A program made the position numbers and the translations under genes. This document shows, in pieces, positions 18,650 to 29,805 of a stretch of DNA of 39,670 nt. The DNA lies in assembly GCA_965662235.1 (NCBI GenBank), contig CBFIGY010000029.1:1-39670 (forward strand), read 5' to 3'. Position 1 is the first letter of the stretch. Every line of letters starts with the position of its first letter. The notes below the pieces were generated by a model that worked only from the letters and a program-made list of their open reading frames with translations, had not been told where the DNA came from and searched no databases. The DNA comes from an uncultured bacterium. Its GTDB lineage: Bacteria; SAR324; NAC60-12.

Positions 18650-18982
18650 ATGCGATACGGATTGCTGCTGGGAAGCCTTCTTCTCTGGAGCCAACTTGCG
18701 GGAGCAGAGGGCATTCGCCCAGAGCTGCAGGCGCAGGTGCTGCGAGAGACCGGGAAACGCTACCTGCACATCGGGCGGCTGGACAAGGCGATCGACTTCC
18801 TCAGCCGCTCCGTGGAGCTGGCTCCAGAAGATCCGGAGACGCTGCACCGTCTGGGGACCGCCTATTACCAGTCCCGGGACTTTCCACAGGCGTGCACGTA
18901 CTGGGGGAAGGCCTGTGAGGTCAATGCCTCCTGGTGCCGGGGTCGCGTCTTTATGGAAGCCCGGGAGCTCTGCTCACGCTGA
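18650..18982 (+). CDS. Small exported TPR protein
   Basis: Signal peptide and TPR pattern (G..YLHIGRLDKAIDFLSRSVELAPEDPETLHRLG.AYY...DF.QA). Confidence 0.75.
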   Translation: MRYGLLLGSLLLWSQLAGAEGIRPELQAQVLRETGKRYLHIGRLDKAIDFLSRSVELAPEDPETLHRLGTAYYQSRDFPQACTYWGKACEVNASWCRGRVFMEARELCSR

Positions 18983-18985
18983 CGG

Positions 18986-19002
18986 CGGCATGCCTTTTGA
19001 AA
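18986..19002 (+). promoter_or_regulatory. sigma54-like element (variant -12) upstream of a hypothetical gene
   Basis: CGGCATG-CCTT-TTGAAA, about 51 nt upstream of ATG 19054. Also overlaps a GCCTTT/AAAGGC hairpin. Confidence 0.4.
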
Positions 19003-19053
19003 AAGGCTATAGCAGTTCTGATCTGCTTGATCCTTATTCTGGAAGGTGTTCCC

Positions 19054-19455
19054 ATGTCACAGGTACGAATTCACATTGACCGCAACCGACGCGTCAGCGT
19101 TCAAGAAATTGTGTTGATGCTCCGGCAGCTGCGGGAGGAGCGGGCTCAGGTTTCGCTGCAAACCGCAGGGAAATTGTTGGTTCCCGAGGTGCCGCAACCG
19201 GCTCCCCAGGCAGCCCTGGAGCCGGCGACCGTGACACCTCCGGAGGACTGGTTTGGGCTCGATCAGCTGCTGCAGGAGGAGCTCACCCGGCAGATTTCCA
19301 GCGAGGTGACTCAGCTGCTGAACAACCCCACGCTGCAGCCCAACGCCCCGGTGGTGGCGGCGCAGCCCGGACAGCCGCTGCCGTGGATCAGTGAGCTTGA
19401 TGAGATCAGCTCGCTTCTGGGAGAGGTCAACGCCCCGCAGCCCCTCCTGCACTGA
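19054..19455 (+). CDS. Hypothetical protein
   Basis: ATG preceded by GGAAGG. Pro/Gln-rich 133-aa ORF. Confidence 0.6.
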   Translation: MSQVRIHIDRNRRVSVQEIVLMLRQLREERAQVSLQTAGKLLVPEVPQPAPQAALEPATVTPPEDWFGLDQLLQEELTRQISSEVTQLLNNPTLQPNAPVVAAQPGQPLPWISELDEISSLLGEVNAPQPLLH

Positions 19456-19500
19456 CTGCAACCGGCCCCCTTGAAGGGGTCTGTTGTCAAATGGAATGCC

Positions 19501-20004
19501 ATGTTGAAACTGGATGAGCGCGACCTGCAAATACTAGCCGTCCTTCAAAAAGAAGGACGCATTTCCAAGACAGACCTCGCCGCCCGCATCCACCTTTCGG
19601 TCTCTCCCTGCTGGGAGCGCCTCAAGCGTCTGGAGGAACACGGCATCATCGAAGGCTACGGCGCCCAGATTTCCCTGAAGGCCTTCGGCTCCCTCACGAC
19701 CATCTTCATGCTGGCGGAACTGAGCCGGCATCAAGCAGAAGACTTCCGGCAGTTTGAAGCCGCCATGGTGCAGTTTCCGGAGGTCGTTGAGTGCTGGGCC
19801 CTCGGAGGTGGATTTGACTACCTTCTCAAGTTTGTCTGCCCCTCCATTGAATCCTACCAGCAGCTGGTGGATGACCTCCTTGGCCGAGAGATTGGCCTGA
19901 GCCGCTACTACACCTATGTGGTCACCAAACCCATCAAGCTGGTTCCCTCTCCCCCCATGTCCTGCCTGACGGCGCTCCTGCAGCAGGATTCCTCTGAATC
20001 CTGA
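19501..20004 (+). CDS. Lrp/AsnC family transcriptional regulator
   Basis: LDERDLQIL..LQKEGRIS..DLA....LS.SPCWERLKRLEEHGII.GY HTH, and RAM domain EVVECW..GGGFDYLLK. Confidence 0.93.
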   Translation: MLKLDERDLQILAVLQKEGRISKTDLAARIHLSVSPCWERLKRLEEHGIIEGYGAQISLKAFGSLTTIFMLAELSRHQAEDFRQFEAAMVQFPEVVECWALGGGFDYLLKFVCPSIESYQQLVDDLLGREIGLSRYYTYVVTKPIKLVPSPPMSCLTALLQQDSSES

Positions 20005-20160
20005 CCCCCCTTTCTCAGCAGATTCCTGACCCGTCGGCTTCCGGTTTCTTTTACCGTCTTTTCTGCACGGTTGAGGTTTCCGTTTTTAAGGGAAAGCTGT
20101 TAAATTACTTGTTTTTTTATTGAGTCTTCTCAAACCTGAAACCTATCGGATACGCTCACT

Positions 20161-21564
20161 ATGCTTGCGGCTCCTTTTGTCGTTCAAAAATTCGGGGGAA
20201 CCAGCCTAGGAAACGCGGAGCGTCTGCTCAACGTCGCCCGCATCATCAAGCAGTCTCAGCAAGACGCCCGACCCGTTGTGGTCGTCAGCGCCATGAGCAG
20301 CTACACCAAGGCAGAAGGAACCACCAGCCGCCTCTTGGAAGCCGGGCAGCAGGCCCTGTTGGGGGGGCCCTTCTTCCGCATCCTCGACCTAGTGGAGCAG
20401 ACCCACCTGGAAGCGCTGGAGCAGGCCATTCCCGATTCTGACATCCGGGCAGAGATCCAAGAAGGCATCCAGCAGGAACTCCGGAGCCTCAAGTCCTTCC
20501 TGGAAGCCATCAACGTCATCCGGGAGATTTCCCCCCGCTCGCAGGACCTGATTGTGGGAACCGGAGAACGCCTCTCCGCCCGTTTGCTGTCAGGGGTGCT
20601 CCGTGGCATGGGAGTCGACGCGGTGTACGTGAACCTTTCCGAATGCGTCCAAACTGAGAGCGAAAACAACGATGACGCCTTCTACCTGAGCCTTCAGCAG
20701 GACTTTGTGGAACTGCTGCCCAAGGAACGTCGGGTTCCGGTTGTGACCGGTTTCTTCGGATTTGTCACCGGAGGCATCATTGAGCGCATCGGCCGCGGCT
20801 ACACCGACCTCACCGCCGCGTTGATCGCAGCAGAACTGCAGGCCCGGGAGCTTCAGATCTGGAAAGAGGTAGACGGCATCTTCTCCGCCGATCCCCGCAA
20901 GGTGCCTCAGGCACGGGTGCTGGATGAGATTTCTCCGGATGAAGCCGCCGAGTTGACCTACTTTGGTTCCGAGGTCATCCACCCGTTTACCATGGAACGG
21001 GCCATCAAGAACCAGGTGGCCATCCGCATCAAGAACACCTTTGCTCCTGAAAAACCAGGCACGGTGATTGTCCCAGAAGGGCTGGGAGAAGCCGAACGCA
21101 ACCTGCGTCGGGAGCAGAACCGCATTGCGGTCGCGGTGACCACCAAGAACCACGTCAATGTGCTCAACATCAACTCCAACCGCATGCTCCATGCCTCCGG
21201 ATTCATTGCTCAGGTGTTTGATGCCTTCCGACGTCACAATGTGGTCATTGACCTCATCTCCACTTCAGAGGTCAACATCTCCTGCACCGTCGAAACCTCG
21301 GACCGGCTCACGGACCTGCTGGACGACCTCAGCACGCTGGGGAAGGTGACCCTTGAGCAAGACCGAGCCATCCTCAGCCTTGTTGGCGAGGGCATGCACT
21401 CCACCGTTGGCGTCTCCGGAAAGATGTTTTCCACGTTAGCCAACGCCGGGATCAACATCGAGTTGATCACCCAGGGTGCCTCTGAGATCAACATCTCCTG
21501 CGTGATTGGGCAAGCAGATGCTCAAAAGGCGCTGCAGGTGATCCACGAGGCCTTTCTCAGTTGA
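20161..21564 (+). CDS. lysC: Aspartate kinase with two ACT domains (Hom3-like signatures)
   Basis: VQKFGGTS, VVVSAM, GERLSA, VVTGF, GRGYTD, VDGIFSADPR. ACT motifs DLISTSE and LSLVGEGM. Confidence 0.93.
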   Translation: MLAAPFVVQKFGGTSLGNAERLLNVARIIKQSQQDARPVVVVSAMSSYTKAEGTTSRLLEAGQQALLGGPFFRILDLVEQTHLEALEQAIPDSDIRAEIQEGIQQELRSLKSFLEAINVIREISPRSQDLIVGTGERLSARLLSGVLRGMGVDAVYVNLSECVQTESENNDDAFYLSLQQDFVELLPKERRVPVVTGFFGFVTGGIIERIGRGYTDLTAALIAAELQARELQIWKEVDGIFSADPRKVPQARVLDEISPDEAAELTYFGSEVIHPFTMERAIKNQVAIRIKNTFAPEKPGTVIVPEGLGEAERNLRREQNRIAVAVTTKNHVNVLNINSNRMLHASGFIAQVFDAFRRHNVVIDLISTSEVNISCTVETSDRLTDLLDDLSTLGKVTLEQDRAILSLVGEGMHSTVGVSGKMFSTLANAGINIELITQGASEINISCVIGQADAQKALQVIHEAFLS

Positions 21565-21596
21565 GCCGATCAGCTCATCAGACGAGGAGCATACCA

Positions 21597-22091
21597 ATGA
21601 GCGGAATCAAAGTTACCGGAATCCTCCTGGGCCTCCTGGTCCTGAGCCTGAACAGCTGGGCCCAAGACGCCCAGTCCATCCGAGCCACCGATCTCCGGCT
21701 GCGCATGATCATGGGGCGGGACCTGCCCAACGACCTCTCTCCCTATGAACAGGAAGTGGTCCGTCAGCAGGCCGACCGGCTCCGTACCCTCCCGAAGTCC
21801 AAGATCGACTTCAAGGAGCAAAAGTTTGGCATCAAGGAAGCCAAGGCGCCCATCATCACCGGAGTTGATGGACGCGAGGAGGAGCATTACAAGACTCCGA
21901 CCATCACTGAAGCCGAACCCAAGACCGCCGTCAATGTGCTGGGATCCGCCAAACCCTTTGGAACCCTCCCCACCTCAGACAAGGCGCTGGTGGGCACCAA
22001 GAACTATCCCGTTTCCAGCATCAACTCCGAGTCGCAGATTCAGCTGCGCCTGCGGGAAGTGATGACGAAGCAACGCAATCCCTATCGCTGA
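21597..22091 (+). CDS. Hypothetical exported protein
   Basis: SD GAGGAG and a signal peptide ending SWA-Q. Confidence 0.7.
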   Translation: MSGIKVTGILLGLLVLSLNSWAQDAQSIRATDLRLRMIMGRDLPNDLSPYEQEVVRQQADRLRTLPKSKIDFKEQKFGIKEAKAPIITGVDGREEEHYKTPTITEAEPKTAVNVLGSAKPFGTLPTSDKALVGTKNYPVSSINSESQIQLRLREVMTKQRNPYR

Positions 22092-22115
22092 GCCTGACCG
22101 CTTCGTCCCGACCCC

Positions 22116-24629
22116 ATGAGCATTTCTCTCGAAAACTTTTCCCCAGACTCTGAGGCCTGGCTGCGTCGCAGCCTGCAAGTGGCCACCCGTCTGGGGCACG
22201 AACTCGTGAAGCCCCCGCACCTGCTCCAGAGCCTGCTGGAAGACTCCGACTCAGAAGCGCTGGCCCTCCTCCAGACGGAGCTGGAAGCGGCGGAAGCCCT
22301 GCCTCAGCAGCTGCAGCACCTGCTTCAGCAAGAGCCGCAACGCAGCGACCTGCAGCAGGCCTACATCTCCCGCGAACTCAAGGAGGTGCTGCTGGAAGCG
22401 GAACACACGGCACTGCGCAACTCCGGATTTCCCGTTGCGCCCGGACACCTGCTAACCGCGCTGCGGCAGTCAGAACCCCTAGGCGCCCTGCTCCCAGCGC
22501 CTCCGGAACCTGAGCCTGAGCCGGAACCCGAGCCGGAACCTGAAGGGGTGGATGTTCTGCCAGAAGCCCCGGAGCCCACCGAGGCACCGGTCGCCCCAGA
22601 GCCTGTGGCAGCGACCACGCCACTTGCCCCGCCCACGTCCTTTCCTCTGCTGGAGCACAGCCCCATTGGCCGGGACGCAGAGCTGCGGGAATTGATTCAG
22701 GTGCTCTGTCGCCGAACGCACGCCAACGCCCTCTTGGTAGGAGAGCCCGGCGTCGGAAAAACCATGGTCCTGCACGGACTCGCTGCCCGGATGGCTTCCG
22801 GAAGCGTCCCGGAGCGCCTGCAAGGGGTGACGCTGCAGAGCCTGCCGGCCCCCAAGCTGCTGGTCGGCGCCCACGGTTACATGGAGCATGAAGCCCGACT
22901 CAAGGGCTTCCTCCAGCAACTTCCTCCGGAGCCTCCGTTTCTGCTCATTGTTGAGGACCTGCATCAGCTGACGGCGGAAACCGTCCGGTTTCTCTTTCAG
23001 CTCCTGCAAGAGGCTCAGGTGCCGTTCATTGCCACCTGTGTGCGTTCCTACTTCCGAGAACACCTGGAAGCGGACAGCACCCTGATGCGACACGTTCAGG
23101 CGATTCTTCTGGAAGAGCCTGATGAAGCAACCGCCCTCGCGATCCTCCGGGGCGCCAAGCGACGGTATGAGGAGCACCACCAGGTCCGGATCCGGGACTC
23201 AGCTCTCTCTGCCGCAGTCCGGTGGTCCACCCGCTTTCTGCCCACCCGTTTCCTTCCCGACAAGGCCCTCGACCTGCTGGATGAAGCCGCCACACACGTC
23301 CGGATGCAGTTCGACTCGGTTCCTGACGGAGTTGAGGACCTGGAACGGCAGCTCCGGCAACTGGAGCTTGAGCAGGAATCTCTGCGTTACGAGCCCGCCT
23401 CGAGCCGACGGCTCATGGAGGTCCAGCGTGAGCTGCCTCGGGTGCAGCAGAAGCTTCAGGACCTCAAGGACCGCTGGCGGGAAGAGCGGGCGCTCCTGCA
23501 GCAGCTTGATGACCTTCAGGCTCGCGTGGATGCGGCACGCCAGGAAGAGCAGGAGGCCCAGAGTGCCGGAGACCTGGAGCGGGCCGCTCAGCTTCACTTT
23601 GGCACCATTGTTCAGCTCGAGCAGGAGCAGCAAAACGCCCTGCAGCGCTTCAAGGACCGTCCGGGTCGGTTGCTCAAGGAAGAAGTCGATGAGGAGGAAA
23701 TTGCACGCGTCATCAGCCACCGCTGCGGAGTCGACCTGAACCAGCTGCTGAACCAGGGCAAGGACGTCCTCCTGCAGCTTGAGGCTCAGTTGGGCCGCCG
23801 GGTTTATGGACAGGAAGCGGCCATCGCCCGCCTTGCCTCCACCCTGCGTCGCAACCGCGCAGGCCTGCAGTCCACCAACCGACCCGCAGGCGCCTTCTTG
23901 TTGACCGGAGGGTCGGGGTTGGGAAAACACACCACGGCCAAGGCACTGGCGCACCTGCTCTTCCGGAGCGCGCCGGTCCGTTTTGACCTGTCGGAGTATG
24001 GGGATGACTCAGCCAGCCAACGCCTCTTTGGGACCGGTCCGAATTCCCTGACGTCCCTGGTCCGTCGGCAGCGTTACGGGGTTCTGTTGTTCGAAGAAGC
24101 CCACCGTGCGCATCCGGAGGTGCTCCACCGGCTGGGACAGATTCTCAGCGAAGGACGCTTGGGCGAGGTCAATGGCGTGGATTTTCAGGACATGGTCCTG
24201 CTCTTCACGCTGCAGGTGCCGACGCCTTGGGGAGAGGAAGAGCCTCCGCCTGCGGAAGAACTGGAGGCCCAGCTGCAGACGCAGGCCCGCGCCAGCTTCC
24301 CAAGTGAGTTGCATGAGCGTCTGGACGAGGTCATCGTTTTCCAGCCCCTGCAGGGGGAGCCGATGCGACGAATTGTGGAAGCCCACCTGCTCCAGATTCG
24401 GCAGCAGCTGCAGGCCCGGAGAGTTGACTTTGGTTACGGAGAGGCTGTGCTGATGAACCTCGCTCAACGGGGGCATGAGGCCCACGCCGGGGCCCATCCG
24501 CTGGAGCGACTCATTCAGAGGGAAATTCAGGAGGTGGTGGCGACCAAGCTCCTGTCAGGAGAAATTCGGGAGGGGAGTCGGGTGCATGTGGAGGCGCTTG
24601 GGAACGTGTTCCGCTTCGACATCCACTGA
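22116..24629 (+). CDS. ClpB-like AAA+ protein, divergent paralog
   Basis: Clp N-domain, PIGRDAE, GEPGVGKT, YEEHH.V.I, RFLPDKALDLLDEA, coiled-coil M-domain (GDLERAA.L.FG), RVYGQEAAI, RLDEVIVFQPL. Several catalytic motifs are altered. Confidence 0.85.
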   Translation: MSISLENFSPDSEAWLRRSLQVATRLGHELVKPPHLLQSLLEDSDSEALALLQTELEAAEALPQQLQHLLQQEPQRSDLQQAYISRELKEVLLEAEHTALRNSGFPVAPGHLLTALRQSEPLGALLPAPPEPEPEPEPEPEPEGVDVLPEAPEPTEAPVAPEPVAATTPLAPPTSFPLLEHSPIGRDAELRELIQVLCRRTHANALLVGEPGVGKTMVLHGLAARMASGSVPERLQGVTLQSLPAPKLLVGAHGYMEHEARLKGFLQQLPPEPPFLLIVEDLHQLTAETVRFLFQLLQEAQVPFIATCVRSYFREHLEADSTLMRHVQAILLEEPDEATALAILRGAKRRYEEHHQVRIRDSALSAAVRWSTRFLPTRFLPDKALDLLDEAATHVRMQFDSVPDGVEDLERQLRQLELEQESLRYEPASSRRLMEVQRELPRVQQKLQDLKDRWREERALLQQLDDLQARVDAARQEEQEAQSAGDLERAAQLHFGTIVQLEQEQQNALQRFKDRPGRLLKEEVDEEEIARVISHRCGVDLNQLLNQGKDVLLQLEAQLGRRVYGQEAAIARLASTLRRNRAGLQSTNRPAGAFLLTGGSGLGKHTTAKALAHLLFRSAPVRFDLSEYGDDSASQRLFGTGPNSLTSLVRRQRYGVLLFEEAHRAHPEVLHRLGQILSEGRLGEVNGVDFQDMVLLFTLQVPTPWGEEEPPPAEELEAQLQTQARASFPSELHERLDEVIVFQPLQGEPMRRIVEAHLLQIRQQLQARRVDFGYGEAVLMNLAQRGHEAHAGAHPLERLIQREIQEVVATKLLSGEIREGSRVHVEALGNVFRFDIH
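22503..22544 (+). repeat. (Pro-Glu)7 low-complexity linker repeat
   Basis: ccg gaa cct gag cct gag ccg gaa ccc gag ccg gaa cct gaa. Confidence 0.85.
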
Positions 24630-24632
24630 GGC

Positions 24633-25097
24633 TCAGGAGTAGACGGGCGGCACCTTGGAGAGGGCGTCCACCATCAGCTCCTTCTCCTTGTTGAGCTTCA
24701 CTAGGTCTGAGGCCCACCGGAGGACCTCCTTTGCGGAGCGTGGGGCAAAGCCGAGTTTCCCACAGATCGTCATCAGCAGGTTCACCTCAGACGTCTTCAC
24801 CTTGCCGTCTGCTGCCACCAAGGTCGCTAGGTAGTAGAAGAAATCGCCGGCGTACTCACGGTCTGAAAGCAGGTTCGGCATCTCCGGAGTCTCCCGTTGC
24901 TTGGCGCACTCCATGAGCTTGGCCAGCTCCTCTTCATTGTCCTGCAGCAGGTCAAACGCTTCCTTCATGTAGTGCAGTTCGGTTGTATCCAGCTGTTTGT
25001 CCACGATCAAAACTGCCACCATGGCTCGCGCCAACCAAACCTTGCCTTCCATTGTCAACTTTGCGACAAACTCTTCATCCAGTTTGATCTGATACAC
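24633..25097 (-). CDS. TerB-like (tellurite-resistance fold) protein
   Basis: GTG start with SD AGGAAGG. Two TerB-type motifs: LIVDKQLDTTE and VAADGKVKTSE. Confidence 0.7.
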   Translation of the reverse strand: MYQIKLDEEFVAKLTMEGKVWLARAMVAVLIVDKQLDTTELHYMKEAFDLLQDNEEELAKLMECAKQRETPEMPNLLSDREYAGDFFYYLATLVAADGKVKTSEVNLLMTICGKLGFAPRSAKEVLRWASDLVKLNKEKELMVDALSKVPPVYS

Positions 25098-25360
25098 GGG
25101 CCTTCCTGTTACCTGATTGCGAATCTTTTGAAATGAGAATGCGGCGATTCACGAAGATTATCGTGTTCAAGGGGATTGATCAAGTTTCAACGACCAGCAT
25201 TTTTTGTTTCTGTGCCCCAGTTGCATCCACCCAGAAAGTCAACAGAGGGTCCGGAGGAACCCGGCCACTCGGGAATAAAAATCGCATTCCCTTCAAACGG
25301 ATTTCCTTGAGGCGAAAGTTGCCTTGGGGCTTGATCAACCCTTCCCTACTCCTGCAACCG

Positions 25361-25675
25361 ATGAAACTGACCTCTCTTGGGCGCCGTTGGCTTGTGACCG
25401 GGAGCCTGCTTCTGCTCGCCTCCTCCGTGGTGGCAACGGGTAAACCGTCCAAGCAACCTACGCGCCACTTCAAGCACGGGACCTCCTTTAACGCCCGGGA
25501 AGTCGCAGAAGTTCAGGCCCATGCGGACAAAAAACCGGATGAAGAGAACGAAGAGTTGCCCTACTGGTGGCTCAACCGAACGGTCAAGCAGTACAACGGA
25601 CGCATTGAGCCAGACCGCTTCACCCGCTACTTCACCCCCACCCCTCGCGACCTGACCCGACCTCCCGGTCGTTGA
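25361..25675 (+). CDS. Small hypothetical exported protein
   Basis: MKLTSLGRRWLVTGSLLLLASSVVA signal-like N-terminus. 104 aa. Confidence 0.55.
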   Translation: MKLTSLGRRWLVTGSLLLLASSVVATGKPSKQPTRHFKHGTSFNAREVAEVQAHADKKPDEENEELPYWWLNRTVKQYNGRIEPDRFTRYFTPTPRDLTRPPGR

Positions 25676-25699
25676 CTTTGCCGGTCGTCAGGGCATAAT
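25672..25699 (+). promoter_or_regulatory. sigma70-like promoter for guaB
   Basis: TTGACT-N16-CATAAT, about 60 nt upstream of ATG 25759. Confidence 0.45.
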
Positions 25700-25701
25700 G
25701 A

Positions 25702-28241
<2,540 letters not shown>

Positions 28242-28342
28242 GACCCGCCCCCCTGCGCCGTTGTTTGCTTGGTTGTGTCTGCAAGCGGTGCTAAAGTGGG
28301 GGTTTGGTCTTTTCCCCTCCCTCACTTTAAGAGCACCACCAC

Positions 28343-29779
28343 ATGACCTCAGCGAAACCTGAAATTCCCGACATTCTTGCCTCCCGCTACGCCAGCACCG
28401 CCCTTTGTGCGCTCTGGTCTCCTGCTGGAAAGGTCCGGCTGGAGCGGGAATTCTGGATTGCCGTCATGAAGGCCCAACAGGAGCTCGGCCTGGCGATTCC
28501 GGAAGAGGCGATTGCGGCCTATGAGCGGGTGAAGGATGAAGTCCACCTGGAGCGGATTGCCCTCCGGGAACGGAAGCTGCGGCATGACGTCAAGTCCCGG
28601 ATTGAGGAATTCTGTGAGCTCGCGGGCGTTGAGCACCTCCACAAGGGCATGACCAGCCGGGACCTGACCGACAACGTCGAGCAGCTCCAGGTCCTCCGGT
28701 CCCTGCAGCTCATTCAGCAGAAAACGGTGGCTGCGCTGGGCATGCTGGCCGACTGGTCAGAGCGTACCCGGGACTGGATGCTGGTGGGCCGCACCCACAA
28801 CGTTCCCGCCCAGCCCACCACGGTGGGCAAGCGACTCGCCATGTTCGGCCAAGAGGTTCTCATTGCGTTGCGACGCCTCGAAGACCTGATCGCCCACTAC
28901 CCCATGCGGGGCCTGCAAGGCGCCATTGGCACCCGCCTGGACCAGAGCGTCCTCTTTGATGGGGACGTGGACAAGGTGCAGCAGCTGGGGGAACGGATTG
29001 CCTCTCACCTCAACTGTCCCCAGACCCTCAATGCCGTCGGGCAGGTGTACCCACGTGGACTGGACACCGAAGCCGTTCACGCCCTCTTTGCCCTCAGCTC
29101 CGGGATCTCCAGCTTTGCCAAGACGCTGCGGCTGATGGCCGGACAGGGACTGGCCACAGAGGGTTTTCAGAAGGGGCAGGTCGGCTCCTCAGCCATGCCC
29201 CACAAGATGAACGCCCGGACCTGCGAGCGCATCAACGGCTTTCACCACATCCTCAACGGTCAGCTGAACATGCTCATGGGCCTCAGCGGCGACCAGTGGA
29301 ATGAAGGCGACGTTGCCTGCTCCGTGGTCCGACGGGTCGCGCTTCCGGGAGCCTTCTTTGCCATTGATGGTCAGCTGGAGGCCTGGATGACGGTCTTGCA
29401 GGAGATGGGTTTCTACGAGGCCGCCCTGCAGCAGGAGGTCCGGCAGGTGCTCCCGTTCCTGGCCACCACCACCCTGCTGATGGAAGCCGTGAAGCGCGGA
29501 GCCGGACGCGAGGCCACCCACGAGGTCATCAAGGAACACGCGGTCGCCGTCGCAGAAGCCCTCCGGCAGGGCACCCAGGCTCACAACGACCTCCCGGAAC
29601 GCCTGGCTGCCGACACGCGCTTCCCCTTGGAAGGGTCAGAAATCGACACCATCCTGGCAGACCCCAGCCGCTTTGTCGCCTTTGCGTCTGAGCAGGCTGA
29701 CGCCTTTGTGCAGGAGGTTCGAAGCCTCCTGAGCCGGTTCCCTGAAGCCGCGGCCTTGCGTCCGGAAGCCCTCCTTTAA
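28343..29779 (+). CDS. purB: Adenylosuccinate lyase
   Basis: LASRYAS, RHDVK, HKGMTSRD, GRTHNVPAQPTTVGKR, GSSAMPHKMN. Confidence 0.96.
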   Translation: MTSAKPEIPDILASRYASTALCALWSPAGKVRLEREFWIAVMKAQQELGLAIPEEAIAAYERVKDEVHLERIALRERKLRHDVKSRIEEFCELAGVEHLHKGMTSRDLTDNVEQLQVLRSLQLIQQKTVAALGMLADWSERTRDWMLVGRTHNVPAQPTTVGKRLAMFGQEVLIALRRLEDLIAHYPMRGLQGAIGTRLDQSVLFDGDVDKVQQLGERIASHLNCPQTLNAVGQVYPRGLDTEAVHALFALSSGISSFAKTLRLMAGQGLATEGFQKGQVGSSAMPHKMNARTCERINGFHHILNGQLNMLMGLSGDQWNEGDVACSVVRRVALPGAFFAIDGQLEAWMTVLQEMGFYEAALQQEVRQVLPFLATTTLLMEAVKRGAGREATHEVIKEHAVAVAEALRQGTQAHNDLPERLAADTRFPLEGSEIDTILADPSRFVAFASEQADAFVQEVRSLLSRFPEAAALRPEALL

Positions 29780-29805
29780 GCCAACCCTCTGCCGTCAGGT
29801 GTGAC

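Noticed and set aside
18971..19012. The TPR gene after selA ends C-S-R-TGA (CxxU-like) with a GCCTTT-TGAA-AAAGGC hairpin 9 nt downstream: a possible second selenoprotein
   Set aside because: Read-through adds only 5 residues before another TGA, TPR proteins have no redox motif here, and the sequence is also explained by the sigma54-like motif of the next gene.
20005..20160. Lysine riboswitch upstream of aspartate kinase
   Set aside because: The region is short and T-rich, with no L-box-like multi-stem pattern.
22116..25097. ClpB-like plus TerB-like genes as a defence or T6SS (ClpV) module
   Set aside because: The genes are convergent, no T6SS or ter-cluster genes are nearby, and the M-domain points to ClpB ancestry.
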